A program made the translations under genes and the position numbers. The notes below the pieces were generated by a model. That model was not told the DNA's origin. It did not search any database and worked only from the letters and a program-made list of their open reading frames with translations. This document shows, piece by piece, positions 13,291-25,603 of a DNA stretch of 64,000 nucleotides (the stretch's first letter is position 1; each line of letters opens with the position of its first letter). Origin of the DNA: Ginglymostoma cirratum (Eukaryota); contig JAHRHZ010000068.1 of assembly GCA_024137785.1 (NCBI GenBank), positions 1,665,425-1,729,424 of the forward strand, in the 5' to 3' direction.

Positions 13291-14086
13291 GGGGATATTT
13301 TGCTCTTTATAAGAGTTCCGATGGAACTGCTGAAGGTTCATTGTTAAAGGTGTATTGTAGGTTGTACATTTCTGCTTCCAGCAACCAAAATTGTATTCAA
13401 GAAAATTGGACATTTTTAATCCATCTATTTGTGCTTTTCTAAACAAAAAGCCATAAGTAGCAGTGAAAAGGGCATAAATCTTTTTTTAACAAAGGAGAAA
13501 ACTATAACACTGTGCATTTATTTCTCTCAGCAGTTTTAAAGAAAAAAGAGTAAATCCGAGTACACTGCAGTGTTCTCACTTTAATAATCTTTGATTTTCA
13601 AGTAGTTTTTATATGATCCATTGTTGAAATGGGAGATGTGCCAATTTTTAAGAGCAGTTTTATGAAATATAATTTAGTTAGCAGTACAGTAAAAATACCA
13701 GTCAATCACAACACACCTACAATAATGATCCATTAACGCTTTTCAAGCAACTAACGAGCCACTTTACTGGTAAAAATGATGAGACGATCATGAATCCAGT
13801 GGTAGAGTCTGAAGGCTGTTGAGAAATGACTGAACAGCAAGGTTATGAAGCCCACTTTGCAGACTGGGCATAATGGAAAATCTGGCAATGTAGTATAGTG
13901 TAAGATCTGTGCATTTTCATACATTGCCCTATCTGGTAGGAAGGTGTACATAAAGTTGACAGAGGTTGCCATGACTGAACTAATCTTAGTGTAATTTGCA
14001 AGAGATGAGGTGGGATGGAGTTTTCTTCTGCATTTGAATAGAAAAGCTAAGGAATAAAGAATGTTGTGATAATTGTTTGGAACTTT

Positions 14087-14421
14087 TAGAATCGTAGAAT
14101 CCATATAGTGTGAAAGCAGGCCATTCAGCCAATGCCGACCTTCCAAAGGGTATTCCACCCAGACCCACCTTCCTATCCTATCCCTGTAACCCTGCATTTC
14201 CCATGGCTAATGTACCTAGCCTGCACGTCCCTGGATACAATGGGCAATTTAGCATGGCCAATCCATCTAACCTGCACATCTTTGGAATGTAGGAGGAAAC
14301 CCAAACAGATATTCAGAGAATGTGCAAACTCCACACAGACAGCCGCCCAAGGCCGGAATCGAACCCAGGTCCCTGGCACTGTGAGACAGCAATGCCTAAC
14401 CATTGAGTCAACATGTCACCC
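14087..14421 (-). mobile_element. tRNA-derived SINE (HE1 / V-SINE-like) with CR1-type tail
   Basis: Minus strand has A-box-like TGACTCAATGG and B-box GGTTCGATTCC, the central GTCTGTGTGGAGTTTGCACATTCTC..AAAGATGTGCAGGTTAG V-domain-like core, and an ATTCTA-type tail; second copy at 30151-30449. Confidence 0.85.
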
Positions 14422-15199
14422 TTAATGCTGAATTTTCTCAGAAATCGGCTGTGTCAATTTTGGTAAGATTCATGGCGGCTTTAACTCCATGATGCCTAGA
14501 ATGTGTTCTCGTTCTGTGTTCCAACACTTCCCTTATTACCTATGCATCATGGCCCTATGGTGCCCCGCTCATTGCATTCTCAAACTAGCTATAGGAGCTA
14601 GTACTCACCATTACAAGGATATCCAGGGACCCTTGGTGCTGGGGCCATCCTTGGACCCCAGCCATGTACCTGATCAAGCATTGACAGTCTAGAGTTGCAC
14701 TTCACAGTGCACGTAGACAGAGAGGAGCTACAAACCAATGCTTCTCACAGATGGCATGCTAACACTCAGTTACATGTAATGTGCACATTTGTTATCTATT
14801 GCAATTTGAGAACCAAGCCATACAGCTTACCTTGGCCTCATCCTATCTTTCAACCCTCTCTAAGTCAGTGCTATTTATTTTCCAATGTCCAATGTAGCTG
14901 AGCATCTTCTCCATGTTTGGTGTGGGACCATTATATGCAGAAAAGCCTTCCAATAGTTCATAATGTTCATTTCTGTTCAGTAACAGCAAAAAGAGAACAA
15001 AAAAACCAAACACAGAAACTGTGTTTGTCTCTGGGAACAGTAATGGACTGCCTTTTGACTGTAAATTTGTTGTTAGTTGATCTAGCTCTCAGCTACTGGA
15101 ACTGCATGTCAATTAACTCCTGTCAGGCCGATTGCTCTTGACGCTGAACTGCTGTATTATGCTGAAGGTGATGTCCCTCCTGCTCATTGTCCTCACTTC

Positions 15200-16150
15200 C
15201 TTCCTTGGAAGACGGCTGCTGCTCTCCTAGCTCTTCACCATCCAACATGCTCACAATTTTCCTTGTGCTGTTGTGCAGTTCAGAGCATGCCGGGCTCAAT
15301 GGAATCTCCGCTTTGGGAGGCTAATTGCCTACTCCATCAATGCCCTGGTCGAAGGATGAGCTGCATTGCAACTACCTGCAGCCTCAGTCAGGGAGTTGTG
15401 AAATAGCCTCGTCTGCCATGGTCACAGATTATAACCCTTGCCTCCAGTAATGATCCTTGTAAGGCATGCTGCCCTTGAAGTGAAGCAGGATCATGAGAGT
15501 TTTCAAGATTATAGGCATCATGGCAGCTCCCGGATAGGTGATGCATATTTCTAGGCTGTGGTGCCAATGATCATAGGCCATTAGCACATTGATGGAATGG
15601 AATCCTTTTCACTAGATGAGCTCAGCTGTGTTATTGTAGGTCCTTCTCAATGCAACGTACAGAGTTTATCGGGTTCTGCATCTGGGGGAAGGCCCCTGTG
15701 CTGGCAAAGCAAGCAGTCCAGGCTGCAGCCCTGAACCCATCAATAGGGAAATGAGATGAAGTGGTGGATTCTGGCACAACTTGCATCACTAACAGCCTAG
15801 TTACATTTGTGGGCTAAGGATTTCAAGGTCCCAGTCAGGTCTTAGTGGGTTCTCAGAAGGAGCTGGTCACATAAAAAGTTAGTGCAGCTGCCATCTTGAC
15901 AGCCAATACCCTGGACACCGCCATCCCTCACCGACCCCCCCCACCACCAACACTACCACCGCCACCATCCCTCTACATTGCAGGTCCTGCTGTAGCACAT
16001 GGCACCGTTCTGTGACAATGTGCCTGGATATTGCCTGTCTGTGACAACACTGCATCTCATTCCTCTGCAGGAAATGGCATCGAGGATGATAGATTATGAC
16101 CCTTCTGAACCTGATCTGCATCATGAGGGGATCTTCAGATGCAATGTCTT
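15200..16150 (-). mobile_element. Decayed PIF/Harbinger transposase
   Basis: Minus-strand frame-shifted motifs in the expected order: AFPQMQNPIN (cf. GFPQVQGAID), KGFHSINVLMAYDH (15567-15608), YPG/SCHDAYNL, and LL/GGKGY (cf. LLGDKGY). Confidence 0.8.
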
Positions 16151-19100
16151 CATGTGGAGGCTATCTAGCATCTGCTGGAAGTTGCTGTTGGCTTTGGGCT
16201 TGCTGACTTATCTGTTTCTGCTGCAACTCTCTGTACCTTTCTAGAATGTCAGCAAAAGCAGCAGTTACCCCTGCTGTGGCTGGATGCAGTGATCATGTTT
16301 TCAATGAAGCTGTGTAAGTATTGTAAGAAAGAGAACAGCTCCTTAGTTATATGAGGAATTAGCACTTGCATTACTCTAAAATGATGGTTTGGCATCGTCC
16401 TCTACACAGTAGGACATAGAGCACTCCAGCAAGGAAAGGCTTCTCCATGGATATTTGAGATAGGGACCTTTATTCTGAATGCAGCACATTGTGTAGCAAA
16501 GACACTGGCGTTGCTGGATGAGTGCTAAGATTCCTTCCAGCCCAAATCATCCGAGAAAAGGATTATTGCATGTGAAAGCATGTTGGAAAATACCAACAGT
16601 TCAAGGTGAAAGGGAAACTGTTCCATGCCCATATGCAGCCTATGAGATCTCACATTATCTTTGCAATTGTGCTTCACAAGTATCTCTCTTAAGGTCGTGT
16701 GTGGTTACACGTGCTTCAGAGATGACCATCTTCAGTCCTCATTGACCAGTGACATGCTCACAATTGTTTGTGACCACCACTTGTGCCCCACACAATTGGA
16801 CAATATGTGCATTTCACCTAAAATGGTACTATGATTAATGATGGCGTCACCCTGTGCTGTGTAAGTGCCTGACTAATGATTAATGATTAGTAACAAATCG
16901 AACGTGCATGTTCAGACAGAAATGAACTTTTGCACCACCCAGTCTGAGTGTGGTGGCTGTAATTTTTCATTTCCAGTGTGCATATACTAGTCGGGTGTAC
17001 ACAGAGTGCAGTGTTGGTCCCTCATAGCACAAAGTCTCGGGATCAGCCTTTGATCATCAAAGGACTTCCAAGTTCCTTTCTTGCTGGCCCTCCCTGGCAA
17101 GCTCACCAGTATCCCTCCACACATTCCCACCTACAACACTTGAAATTGTGTCTTCAGCTCTTGTCATTACACTCTAAATCTTGAGCCTCTGATTTTCTTA
17201 TGGCCACTATTGTACTGTGAAGGTCCCCCCGTACTTGTGAATTTGATAACTCTCCCTCCCACAGGAGCTCGTGCCATCCAATTGATTATTGTTGCCTGCC
17301 ATTTATACGTTGACTTTGCCTTCTTTCACAATTATTGCCCTCTCTTTGTCCTAGTTTGCAATCTCTAATCCCCAGAGTTGAATTCTCCCACTTCACACAG
17401 CAGTGGACCTTGATAACAATGCTTAACTTACACTGAGCTGACCCCTACATCTGACCATCAGTGACCTGTCTGACTGATGCACATTCCTGACTGATGAATG
17501 ACCAGACGCCTGACCGATCTCTTTGCAGCTTTCTATATGATGAACCATGAATCCCCTGCCTGTTTGCACTGGACCTGCAGGACTGATTATGGCCCATTTC
17601 TCACATTGTAGTGATACAGCACTCACTGTCCTCAACTCTAACGATACAAGCATACAAATGACTGTGTTTAAGCCCTTGGACTGAGATTGAACAATACATT
17701 TTGGCTTACACTACTGGGACCCCCGATTAATGACAATTTCCCTTGATTGAGGACCATTGTCCTTAGACTTTAAGACATGTACATTTGTTTGATGCCCAGG
17801 CAGTGTGTTTGCCCTGTTCTCTGCTAGCACATGGTGCAGATTTGACATGAACACAGTACGGTGCCATACAGTGATTATATACATCCATCGGACTGTTCAC
17901 TGCAGATGACCATGACAACTGCCTGGCTTTGTGTCTGCACTGGAAAGCAAGGCAAGACAGAAGTACTTTCAGCTTTTGAGCTCTGATCAAGGGGGCAAAG
18001 TGCAAAAAGGCAAGGCAAAGCAAAAATCCAGTGAGCATTGAAGTAGGTACAAAGTGAGTGAGCATTAAAAAAACAAGCAAACAGCACTAATCAAATCCAT
18101 TAGTTACGTGCCTGTCCTTGCATTCAATGAAAGATGCCAAAGTGTAGCACAGAAACGAAGAATAGAACTGTAATGTACACAGGTTATAGATGTACCATGA
18201 TGATGAAGTGAGGCTGGCAAACGTCTGTGGTCAGCGGGTCCATGTGGTCGCTGCCCATGGAGACTGTTCTGAGCTGTTGCTACTTGGTGTCCAAGATGGA
18301 GGTGGATGAGCAAGAAGCAAGGCTGAGTAACCATTCTGACTTGCTTGTTGGGAATTGCCACCATCTAGTTTCAATCGAGTAGATGGAAGAGGCATATTGA
18401 GGCAAGATTGGGTAACAATGAAAAGTTCATAAATGTAAATAGGCCTATCACTGCTCACTAGTGAAAATCTTGCCTCAATGTTCAACACTAGATTGGAAAA
18501 TTGGAATTCTTGCCATCAAGAAGTTTCTTGCTGGTTGTCTACCACAATTTTCCCAGCTTTCTCATTAATGCTCACGTCAATCAGTGCCTGGGAAGATTCC
18601 AGCCTCACCACTGATTTTTAATTAAGTTTGAACAACTTGAAAGATTGTGCACATCATATTTAGGCATCTAGTGAATTAGTGTGGTATGAAATTTGGAAAA
18701 AATTGGCACTGAAGACTTGTGTATGAGCAATCAACAATCCAACCCTAAGGAGAACTGGTGTAATTACAAACAGTGGTTTATATGTTCGTTCAAAGGTAAG
18801 TAAAATTGGAGATGAGGTTAACGAAAATGTTTTCTCCACCATGATAAGGCCTTATACCTTGCTGTATTTTATTAACTGATGGTGTCAAAGATACCATTGC
18901 TTGATACAAAATGTTCGAGTAAATGAAATTGTGGACTCCTATTGTGGCATGTCAAAGATTGAGATTATGTTGAGAGTGGCATTTTGTGAAAGGAGGAAGT
19001 TGCCATATGAGACTGTTGAATTCTACATCCTCCAATAAGGGAACTCCCATCACTGCATATTATGAAATGTAGAAATTGATCTTTGAGGCCTAAAGAAAAT

Positions 19101-20479
19101 TAAATCCAGGCCAAACATTTTAACAAAGGCAATAAGTTGACATGGAAGGCCTTTAATAACGCCACAAACATGAAAATGTCAGAGACAGTGTAAGTTGCAA
19201 ATCACATTGAGCTCCACCAGATTTCAGGCGGATCTAAGGTACGACAGCCAAGTTCATATTTTCCAAGTCCGAAATGTAACTGCTAATCTTTCTCTAGCAG
19301 CCACCAACAATTTTTATGCCCACATTTCCAGTCAGGCTACCATGTGTATGGCAAGTTTGGAAACATCCTGGTATCATTCAGAGGTAGAAGATGAGTAATG
19401 TCCCAGAGCATTTTCAAGAACACTTTTTAGCTATGCACCAGGTTAAAGTAATGATAAGTCTAAAATTATTTGCAGAGTTTAAAAATCCTTGAATGCACAT
19501 ATGAGTAATGTAGGAGGATAAATTATAGAGTCATAGAATCATACAGCATGAAACAGACCCTTTAGTCCAACCAGTCCATGCCAACATGTTCCCAAACTAA
19601 ACTAATTCCACATGCCTTCATTTGGCTCATGTCTCTCCCAACCTTTCCCATTCATGTACTCATCCAAATGTCTCTTAAATGTTGTAACTGTACCTGCCTT
19701 CACCATTTCTGGCAGTTCGTTCCACACACTAACCACTCTCTGTAAAAAAAAAAAGGAAAAGCTTGCCCTCATGTCCTTCTTAAATCTTTCTCCTCTCACC
19801 TTAAAAATATACCCTCTAGTTCTGAACTCCCCCCCACCTTAGTGAAAAGACGTTTGCTATTCACCTTATCTATGCCCCTCATGATTTTATAAAACTCAAT
19901 AAGATTACCCCTCAACCTCCTACATTCCAGTGGAAAGAGGTCCTAGCCTATCCAGAGATAAAAGGTACTGCAGATGCTGGAGAATCCGAGATAACAAGGT
20001 GTGGGGCTGGATGAACACAGCAGGCTAAGCAGCATCATAGGAGCAGGAAAGCTTGACGTTTCGGGCCTAGACCNNNNNNNNNNNNNNNNNNNNNNNNNNN
20101 NNNNNNNNNNNNNNNNNNNNNNNNNNNNNNNNNNNNNNNNNNNNNNNNNNNNNNNNNNNNNNNNNNNNNNNNNNNNNNNNNNNNNNNNNNNNNNNNNNNN
20201 NNNNNNNNNNNNNNNNNNNNNNNNNNNNNNNNNNNNNNNNNNNNNNNNNNNNNNNNNNNNNNNNNNNNNNNNNNNNNNNNNNNNNNNNNNNNNNNNNNNN
20301 NNNNNNNNNNNNNNNNNNNNNNNNNNNNNNNNNNNNNNNNNNNNNNNNNNNNNNNNNNNNNNNNNNNNNNNNNNNNNNNNNNNNNNNNNNNNNNNNNNNN
20401 NNNNNNNNNNNNNNNNNNNNNNNNNNNNNNNNNNNNNNNNNNNNNNNNNNNNNNNNNNNNNNNNNNNNNNNNNAAGCTT

Positions 20480-20507
20480 GACGTTTCGGGCCTAGACCCT
20501 TCATCAG
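20480..20507 (-). ncRNA. Minimal type I hammerhead ribozyme motif
   Basis: Reverse complement reads CTGATGA-A-GGGT(CTAG)GCCC-GAAAC-GTC: conserved core boxes, stem II hairpin, and palindromic loop-less stem III (ACGT) ending in a GUC cleavage triplet. Stem I is weak. Confidence 0.7.
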
Positions 20508-20512
20508 ATTTT

Positions 20513-20540
20513 CTGATGAAAGGTCTAGGCCCGAAACGTC
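20513..20540 (+). ncRNA. Minimal hammerhead ribozyme motif (sense to FOXP1 pre-mRNA)
   Basis: CTGATGA-AA-GGT(CTAG)GCC-C-GAAAC-GTC; one mismatch at the base of stem II relative to the minus-strand copy. Confidence 0.6.
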
Positions 20541-22389
20541 AAGCTTTCCTGCTCCTATGATGCTGCTTGGCCTGCTGTGTTCATCCAGCCCCACACCTTG
20601 TTATCTCCTAGCCTATCCAGCCTATTTTAAAAATCAAACCCTCCATTCCCTGCAACATCCTGGTAAACCTTTTCTGAACACTCTCCAATTCAATAATATC
20701 CTTTCTATAACAGGGTGACCCAAAGTGCACACGGTACTCCTGAAGAGGCCTCACCAATGTCCTGTACAACCTCAACATGACGTCCCAACTGCTATACTCA
20801 AAAGTCTGAGCAATGAAGGCCAGTGTGCTAAATGCCTTCCTGACCACTGTCTACCTGTGAAGGAAATTTCAAAGTAAATATCTATATCGAACCCCTAGGT
20901 CTGTCAGTTCTACAACACTACACAGTGCCCTATCATTAATTGTATAAGTCCTGCCCTTGTTTGTTTGTTTTTTTAAAAATGCAATTCCTTGTATTTATTC
21001 AAATTAACCTCTATCTGCCACACCTCAGCTCATTGACCCAATTGTTCAAGATTTCCTTGTCATCTTAGATAACCTTCTTCACTGTCCATTATACCTCCAA
21101 TTTTGGTGTCAGCTTCCAACTTAGTAACCATGCTTCCCATATTCTCATTCAAAAGTCCAAGTTACCAGTGTCTATCATTCCACGCTCATCAATCTTTTTG
21201 GTTACTTTTTCAAAATATTCAATCAAGTGAGACACTATTTCCCTCCCACAAAACCATACTGACTATCCCTAATCACTCCTTGCCTGTCCGAATGCATATA
21301 AATCCTATCTGTCAGAATCACGTCCAACAACTTATCCACCATTGATGTCAGACTCTCAGGTCCACAGTTCTCTGGCTTCTCCTTACAGCCTTTCTTAAAT
21401 AAAGGCACAACGTTAGCCACCCTCCAGTCCTCGTACAACTCACCCGTGGTTATAGATGGTACAAATATTTCTGCTAGGGGCCCCACAATTCCTCCCTAAG
21501 TTCCCACAATATGCTGGGATATCACTTGATCAGGTCCCAAAGATTTATCCACTTTTGTGCTGTCTAAGGTGTCCAGTTGTTCCTCTTCGGTAATGTGAAA
21601 CTGTTTTCAAAACATCAATATTGATGAAATTGAGAGGGGATATCAAGAGTTATATTCAGACATAAAGCAAGAATAAAGCAGTACATAGAAGATAACAGCA
21701 AAAGAAGATTAAAAATGAAAGTCAGTGCTTCACAACTTACTTTAACTGTGGGAACAATGGAACAGGAGTAGGCCATTCAGCCCACTGAGTCTGGCAATAC
21801 CATTATTCCATGTTTGGTGAAGTTATTGTTTGGTTTGAATACAGTGTCAGCAGATCATGCAAATGCAGATATGTTTTGTGAATGATTCATTTTTGCTGCT
21901 CAATGAACCATTCAATTAATGGATGACCTAAAGGGTGTGATGATGAGAAATTTCAGAAGTAATGTTCATGTTTCTCTCAGTGCAGACTAGACAGTTTTCT
22001 CTTCTGACAGAGTAATTCCACAGTGTGCAACAGGTTTCACATTTTGCAAAATAATGTTAAAACATACTCCCAGGACAGGTTGAGTTTGCTTAAGCCTGAC
22101 ATCAATAGCAAGTCAAATGTAGAAAAGAATGAATGCATTTTGCCCTTAAAGACAGATAAAAGTAAGGCATAAGAGTTGGACATTTGATAGGCACTCCACT
22201 GTTAGAAAGTGAGCTTAGATATTTTTTTAAAAAGCAAAAGGTTTCACAATATCAGGGTGTATCAAGCTATGTCATAGCTAATGAATTGGAGTGACTATTG
22301 ATAAGAAAAACACAAGCACTTTTATTTAACGGTAAGGATTCTAAACCGCTCCCTCCCAACCTATAAACCTCTCCTCCTGCCCAAAAAGA

Positions 22390-22570
22390 ACAAATAAATG
22401 ATCTGTTTTGGTGACATTGTTTGATGGGAGATATTGACTAGGATATCAAGTGAACAAATTGTATCAAGGAGCTTTTTAAATACACCTTTTCAGAGCAATG
22501 CAAGACTCAAATGACAACACCACTGGCACTGCAACATTCCTCCTTCATACTGAAGTCTCTTAGTTTAACG
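22390..22570 (-). repeat. Ancient SacSINE/Deu-domain-like SINE relic
   Basis: atctgttttggtgacattgtttgatgggagatattgactagga...cactgcaacattcctc resembles my recollection of the shark SacSINE1 reverse strand and the relic at 23020-23262. Confidence 0.4.
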
Positions 22571-23019
22571 AGCAGAAACTTATCACTACTGTACCACCTA
22601 TAACCACCCAATCTGGCAATAAGTATCAGAACATGCATAAACATTTTGCCTCAGTTGTTTATGTGGTGTAGCTAAGAAAGCATAAGGCAGTGGAAAACCA
22701 TTACAAATGGCTATGAAAATGAATTCAAACAGCACATAGTTTGCTCAGTGTTCTATGCTCAGTCAGATCAATCCCCTAAGAACATGTTCTTCAGTCATGC
22801 AATTACAAAAAAAGCATAGGAATAGCCAGCTGATCGTGGGTTACTATACATGTGTTCCACACAAGTGCAGGCATCACTTCCAAAAGCTATGATGTTATGG
22901 CAGTGAACTGAAGTAACTGCATCAGATTTAGTCATGTCAACAGTTGGTGAGCTTTTTGTATCCCGTGCAGTTTGCCAGTTGGTCAAGTTATAACCAAACA
23001 TTGTTATTCCTCAACAAGA

Positions 23020-24500
23020 AAAGAAAACACCTTGCTTCTTTACAACACTTTTCATGGCTTCACATTGTCTACATGTCATCACTGTAAGTCAGAATAGGAC
23101 AATGTATATGTTTAGAAATATGCTCAGAGCAGGATCTCGCGAACAGTAATATGAAATGACCTGATGGTCTGACTTGTTAAAGTAGTGTTGACTGAGGGAT
23201 TAGTGTTAACTAGGTCATCAGGAGAACTCCCAACTGTTCATTGTCCAGGAAATCTCATGCCTATCTTCGGAGGCATGGGATTGAGGGTGATTTAGCTGTT
23301 TGGATCAGAAATTGGCTAGCTGTAAGAAGACAGAGGATGGTGGTTGATGGGAAATGTTCATCCTGGAGTTCAGTTACTAGTGGTGTACCACAAGGATCTG
23401 TTTTGGGGCCACTGCTGTTTGTCATTTTTATAAATGACCTGGATGAGGCCGTAGAAGGATGGGTTAGTAAATTTGCAGATGATACTAAAGTCGGTGGAGT
23501 GGATAGTGCGGAAGGATGTTGCAGGTTACAGAGGGACGTAGATAAGCTGCAGAGCTGGGCTGAGAGGTGGCAAATGGAGTTTAATGCAGGAAAGTGTGAG
23601 GTGATTCACTTTGGAAGGAGTAACAAGAATACAGAGTACTAGGCTAACGGTAAGATTCTTGGTAGTGTGGACGAGCAGAGAGATCTCAGTGTCCATGTGC
23701 GTAGATCCCTGAAAGATGATAGGGTTGTTAGGAAGGCGTACGGTGTGTTAGGTTTTATTGGTAGAGGGATTGAGTTTCGGAGCCGTGGGGTCATGTTGCA
23801 GCTGTACAAAACTCTGGTGCGGCCGCACTTGGAGTATTGCGTACAGTTCTGGTCACCGCATTATAGGAAGGATGTAGAAGCATTGGAAAAAGTGCAGAGG
23901 AGATTTACCAGGATGTTGCCTGGTATGGAGGGAAGGTCTTATGAGGAAAGGCTGAGGGACTTGAGGCTGTTTTCGTTAGAGAGAAGATTAAGAGGTCACT
24001 TAATAGAGACATACAAGATGATCAGAGGATTAGATAGGGTGGACTGTGAGAGTCTTTTTCCTCGGATGGTGACGGCTAGCATGAGGGGACATAACTTTAA
24101 ATTGAGGGGTGATAGATATAGGACAGATGTCAGAGGTAGATTCTTTACTCAGAGAGTAGTAAGGGCATGGAATGCCTTGCCTGCAGCAGTTGTAGACTCG
24201 CCAACTTTAAGAGCATTTAAATGATCATTGAATAAACATATGGATGATAAGGGAATAGTGTAGGTTAGATGGGCTTCAGATTGGTTTCACAGGTCGGCGC
24301 AACATCGAGGGCCGAAGGGCCTGTACTGCGCTGTAATGTTCTATGTTCTATGTACCAGGGCACAAAGGGTTTAAACGTAACTTATCGTCAACAATGCAGT
24401 GGTCTCAGTTGTGCATGTAAGTGTCAGCCATTGCTCAGTGGTAGGACTCAGAATCTTGGAGTCCAAAGATTACAGTTTCATGGCTTACATTAGAGAATCT
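23020..24500 (-). repeat. Ancient SacSINE/Deu-domain-like SINE split by CR1 insertion
   Basis: Left part (gtgttgactgagggattagtgttaactaggtcatcaggagaactccc) and right part after 24353 (gggtttaaacgt..caatgcagtggtctcagttgtgcatgtaagtgtcagcc) look collinear with a single SINE consensus as recalled. Confidence 0.45.
23263..24352 (+). mobile_element. Young 5'-truncated CR1-clade LINE (RT C-half + tail)
   Basis: Near-intact ORFs with [30 protein letters not shown] and LYKTLVRPHLEYCVQFWSPHY; ends in an (ATGTTCT)n microsatellite tail. Confidence 0.95.
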
Positions 24501-24690
24501 CCTCATAATCTAAGGAATATGTTGATGTAGGGTATGCCAGCCTTGTGCTGTAATCCATCTTACAAAAGAGAGTGAATTTTAACACGGAAGCAATTTTCAG
24601 GTAGCAAGGTTGTGACTAATGCAGCTGGTGCTTGCCTCCTCTCCATGTTGAATTGCAGGAAGCTCCCAAACCTATCCCAAAAACAGAAGG

Positions 24691-24890
24691 AACACAGTGT
24701 GCAGCTGGAGGAACACAGCAGGCCAGGCAGCATCAGAGGAGCAGGAAAGTTGACGTTTCAGGTCGGGATCCTTCTTCAGAAATGACCCGAAACGTCAGCT
24801 TTCCTGCTCCTCTGCTGCCGGGCCTGCTGTGTTCCTCCAGCTCCACACTGTGTTATCTCAGACTCCAGCATCGGCAGTTCTTACTATCTC
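24691..24890 (+). mobile_element. Palindromic Penelope-derived mini-element (older subfamily)
   Basis: Inverted arms acacagtgtgcagctggaggaacacagcaggcc.. / ..cctgctgtgttcctccagctccacactgtgt with tail ctcagactccagcatcggcagttcttactatctc; minus-strand core CTGAAGAAGGATCCCGACCTGAAACGTC; tail nearly identical to the 3' end of the element at 43.7-45.6 kb; no clear TSD. Confidence 0.8.
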
Positions 24891-25391
24891 TGTGTGACCA
24901 ACAATAGAAGCGTTGTTTTAGTGTTGCAGTTGTCTGCTTGGTGCTGAAGTGAGGATTATAGAGAAGGGCTCTGCATTAAGTGTGAAAGAGATATTTCTGT
25001 GCCAAAGCATTCAACCTCTGAATTTTGTGTCAAAACCTGCAGTTGGAGGAAAGCACAGAGTTGGGAAAATTTAGACCAGGCGCAGTACAAAGCCAATACA
25101 ATAACTGCAAGGAAAGTAGACCCAGAATTGCATGATTTGCTGAACATAAATGGAATGAAAACTGTTATGATTCTTGATCATTGCTGGCTTGCTGGTCTTG
25201 AGGTTACAAGCACCCAATCACTAATACTCCATACAGAAGGTAAGCCTGTGATTCTGGCTTTTGCAACTTAGGTGTTAGTCATGAATTTTTTTTGTAGGCA
25301 TAAACTGCAGACTGGCTAATGCTGCTATCACCTGTCACAAGAAATTCAGTGATAATTGTGACAGTGGAATTTAGTCTTAAGAGGCAGCACA

Positions 25392-25603
25392 GATCTATAC
25401 AGCTGGTAGAGATGCTAGCTCCTTAAAAACTTCTTTAGAAAATAAGTAAATGGGCTAAATGGCTTTTGAAGTATTGAACATATGACCTGGCCAAGTAGGT
25501 CCCCTGGCTGGCCTCATCTGTGCAGCCTTTTTAATAATTAACTGCAACTCAATGAAGCCTAATCACTGTTGTCACAGCAATTCATTTTTCTCCTCTTCCC
25601 AAT
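25392..25603 (+). repeat. Direct repeat copy 1 (about 212 bp)
   Basis: Matches 26721-26933 with about 7 differences by manual alignment. Confidence 0.95.

Larger units (their letters stand above)
19956..20605 (-). mobile_element. Palindromic Penelope-derived mini-element with hammerhead cores (spans 400-N gap)
   Basis: Inverted arms gataacaaggtg..gacgtttcggg / cccgaaacgtc..caccttgttatc; extra tail of about 30 nt on the left arm; 15-bp TSD tcctagcctatccag at 19941-19955 and 20606-20620. Confidence 0.85.
19525..21615 (-). mobile_element. CR1-clade LINE fragment, interrupted by a Penelope-derived palindrome
   Basis: ORF pieces EDWRVANVVPLFKKG..SQYGF, LYRTLVRPLQEYRVHFGSP and QRVVSVWNELPE; (ATTCTATG/ACTCTAT) tail at 19525; insertion at 19956-20605. 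Confidence 0.9.

Noticed and set aside
14340-14421. tRNA gene
   Set aside because: The A/B boxes belong to a SINE head, with no full cloverleaf; the same applies at 30380-30449.
20001-20594. Long ORFs spanning N runs (also 305-541 and 48875-49507)
   Set aside because: Their length comes from X residues in assembly gaps.
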